DNA of 64,000 nucleotides from Euprymna scolopes (Eukaryota): NCBI GenBank assembly GCA_053919585.1, contig CM132803.1; one strand, 5' to 3'. Shown piece by piece: positions 63,369 to 64,000 of this stretch (position 1 is its first letter; each line of letters starts with the position of its first letter). The notes under the pieces were generated by a model. It saw only the letters and a program-made list of their open reading frames with translations, ran no database searches and was not told where the DNA came from. The position numbers and the translations under genes were made by a program.

Positions 63369-63599
63369 TATGTGTTTTATTTTTTATTACCGTTTTATCT
63401 GTTTGGTTACATATGTTTTGGATGTTGAACCATGTTTATGATCCAACAGCCTCATCAGACCTTACAGAAACACTTCTTCCAAAATACTAACAACCATTTC
63501 TGTAAGGTCTGACGAGGCTGTTGGATCGTAAACATGGTCCAACATCCGAAACATATGTAACCAAACAGATAAAACGGTAATGAAAAAATAAAACACATA
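63369..63599. repeat. ~102-bp inverted repeat (63369-63470 / 63497-63599), 26-bp spacer, each arm carrying a hammerhead motif
   Basis: Direct reverse-complement match with about 5 differences. Confidence 0.95.
63499..63569 (+). ncRNA. Type I hammerhead ribozyme
   Basis: ucugu-aa-ggu-CUGACGA-gg.uguuggaucgu(aaac)augguccaaca.cc-GAAA-cauaug-UA-acc-aa-acaga: complete core, long stem II, palindromic ACAUAUGU stem III, GUA cleavage triplet at 63557-63559. Confidence 0.85.
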
Positions 63600-63643
63600 C
63601 ATATACATATCTATATATATATACATATATAAAGTAGTAGCAT

Positions 63644-64000
63644 TTGTGTGTGTGTGTGTGTGTCTGTCTGTCTGTGTACAACTCTCCTACAGGCCAAACC
63701 ACTGGAGCAATCATGACCAAAGTTGGTATGATGATGGTCACTGACCGATGTATGGTGCGTGCCATTTTTCAAGGTCAAAGGTCATTGTCTATTAAGGTCA
63801 AAGCCTATAAATATATAATCTTCTAAAGACTAAACCACTTGACTAACCATGACGAAACCTTGCATGATGATAGTCTTTAACCTAAGGATAGTACACACTA
63901 ATTTTCAATGTCAAGGTCAAAAGTCATAACCTATCAAGATCATTGCCTGTGTGTGTATACTGAACTACAAGCCAAACCACTGGATTGATCATAACCAAAC
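63644..64000. repeat. (TG)n/(CTGT)n microsatellite followed by ~139-bp diverged tandem units with AAGGTCA motifs (Helentron/HINE-like)
   Basis: AAACCACT..CATGACCAAA-like block recurs near 63690, 63828, 63968; repeated AAGGTCAAAGGTCA; truncated by window end; family assignment is inference. Confidence 0.5.

Overview
Animal (probably invertebrate) heterochromatin-like DNA made almost entirely of decayed, nested transposable elements; no host gene, RNA gene or CRISPR array is supportable. 1-42.7 kb is a rearranged tandem array built from two modules: an ~11.2-kb BEL/Pao unit that shares LTRs head-to-tail and carries a Buster-type hAT, and a (TA)n insertion hub (Penelope GIY-YIG fragment, Gypsy 3' end, Tc1 DD34E, BEL solo LTR, DD41D element, hammerhead-bearing Penelope stub). 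42.7-64 kb is a single-copy stack of LINE, Copia, CsRn1-type Gypsy, other Gypsy, BEL and Penelope fragments. Most striking: (1) a RAG1-like/Transib element ending in a perfect CACAGTG heptamer, with the Cx2Cx3GHx4C tail motif, whose missing left end is replaced by a 25-bp spacerless palindrome of the flank starting exactly at the TSD, i.e. a V(D)J-type hairpin/P-nucleotide footprint; (2) Gypsy families lacking a tRNA PBS, whose PBS position is complementary to their own LTR poly(A) signal and which conserve splice sites bracketing pol; (3) roughly 20 independent elements all on the + strand, as in a unistrand piRNA cluster; (4) minimal hammerhead ribozymes, including an inverted pair. Coordinates were counted by hand and may be off by a few bases; family names come from motif recognition, not database searches.
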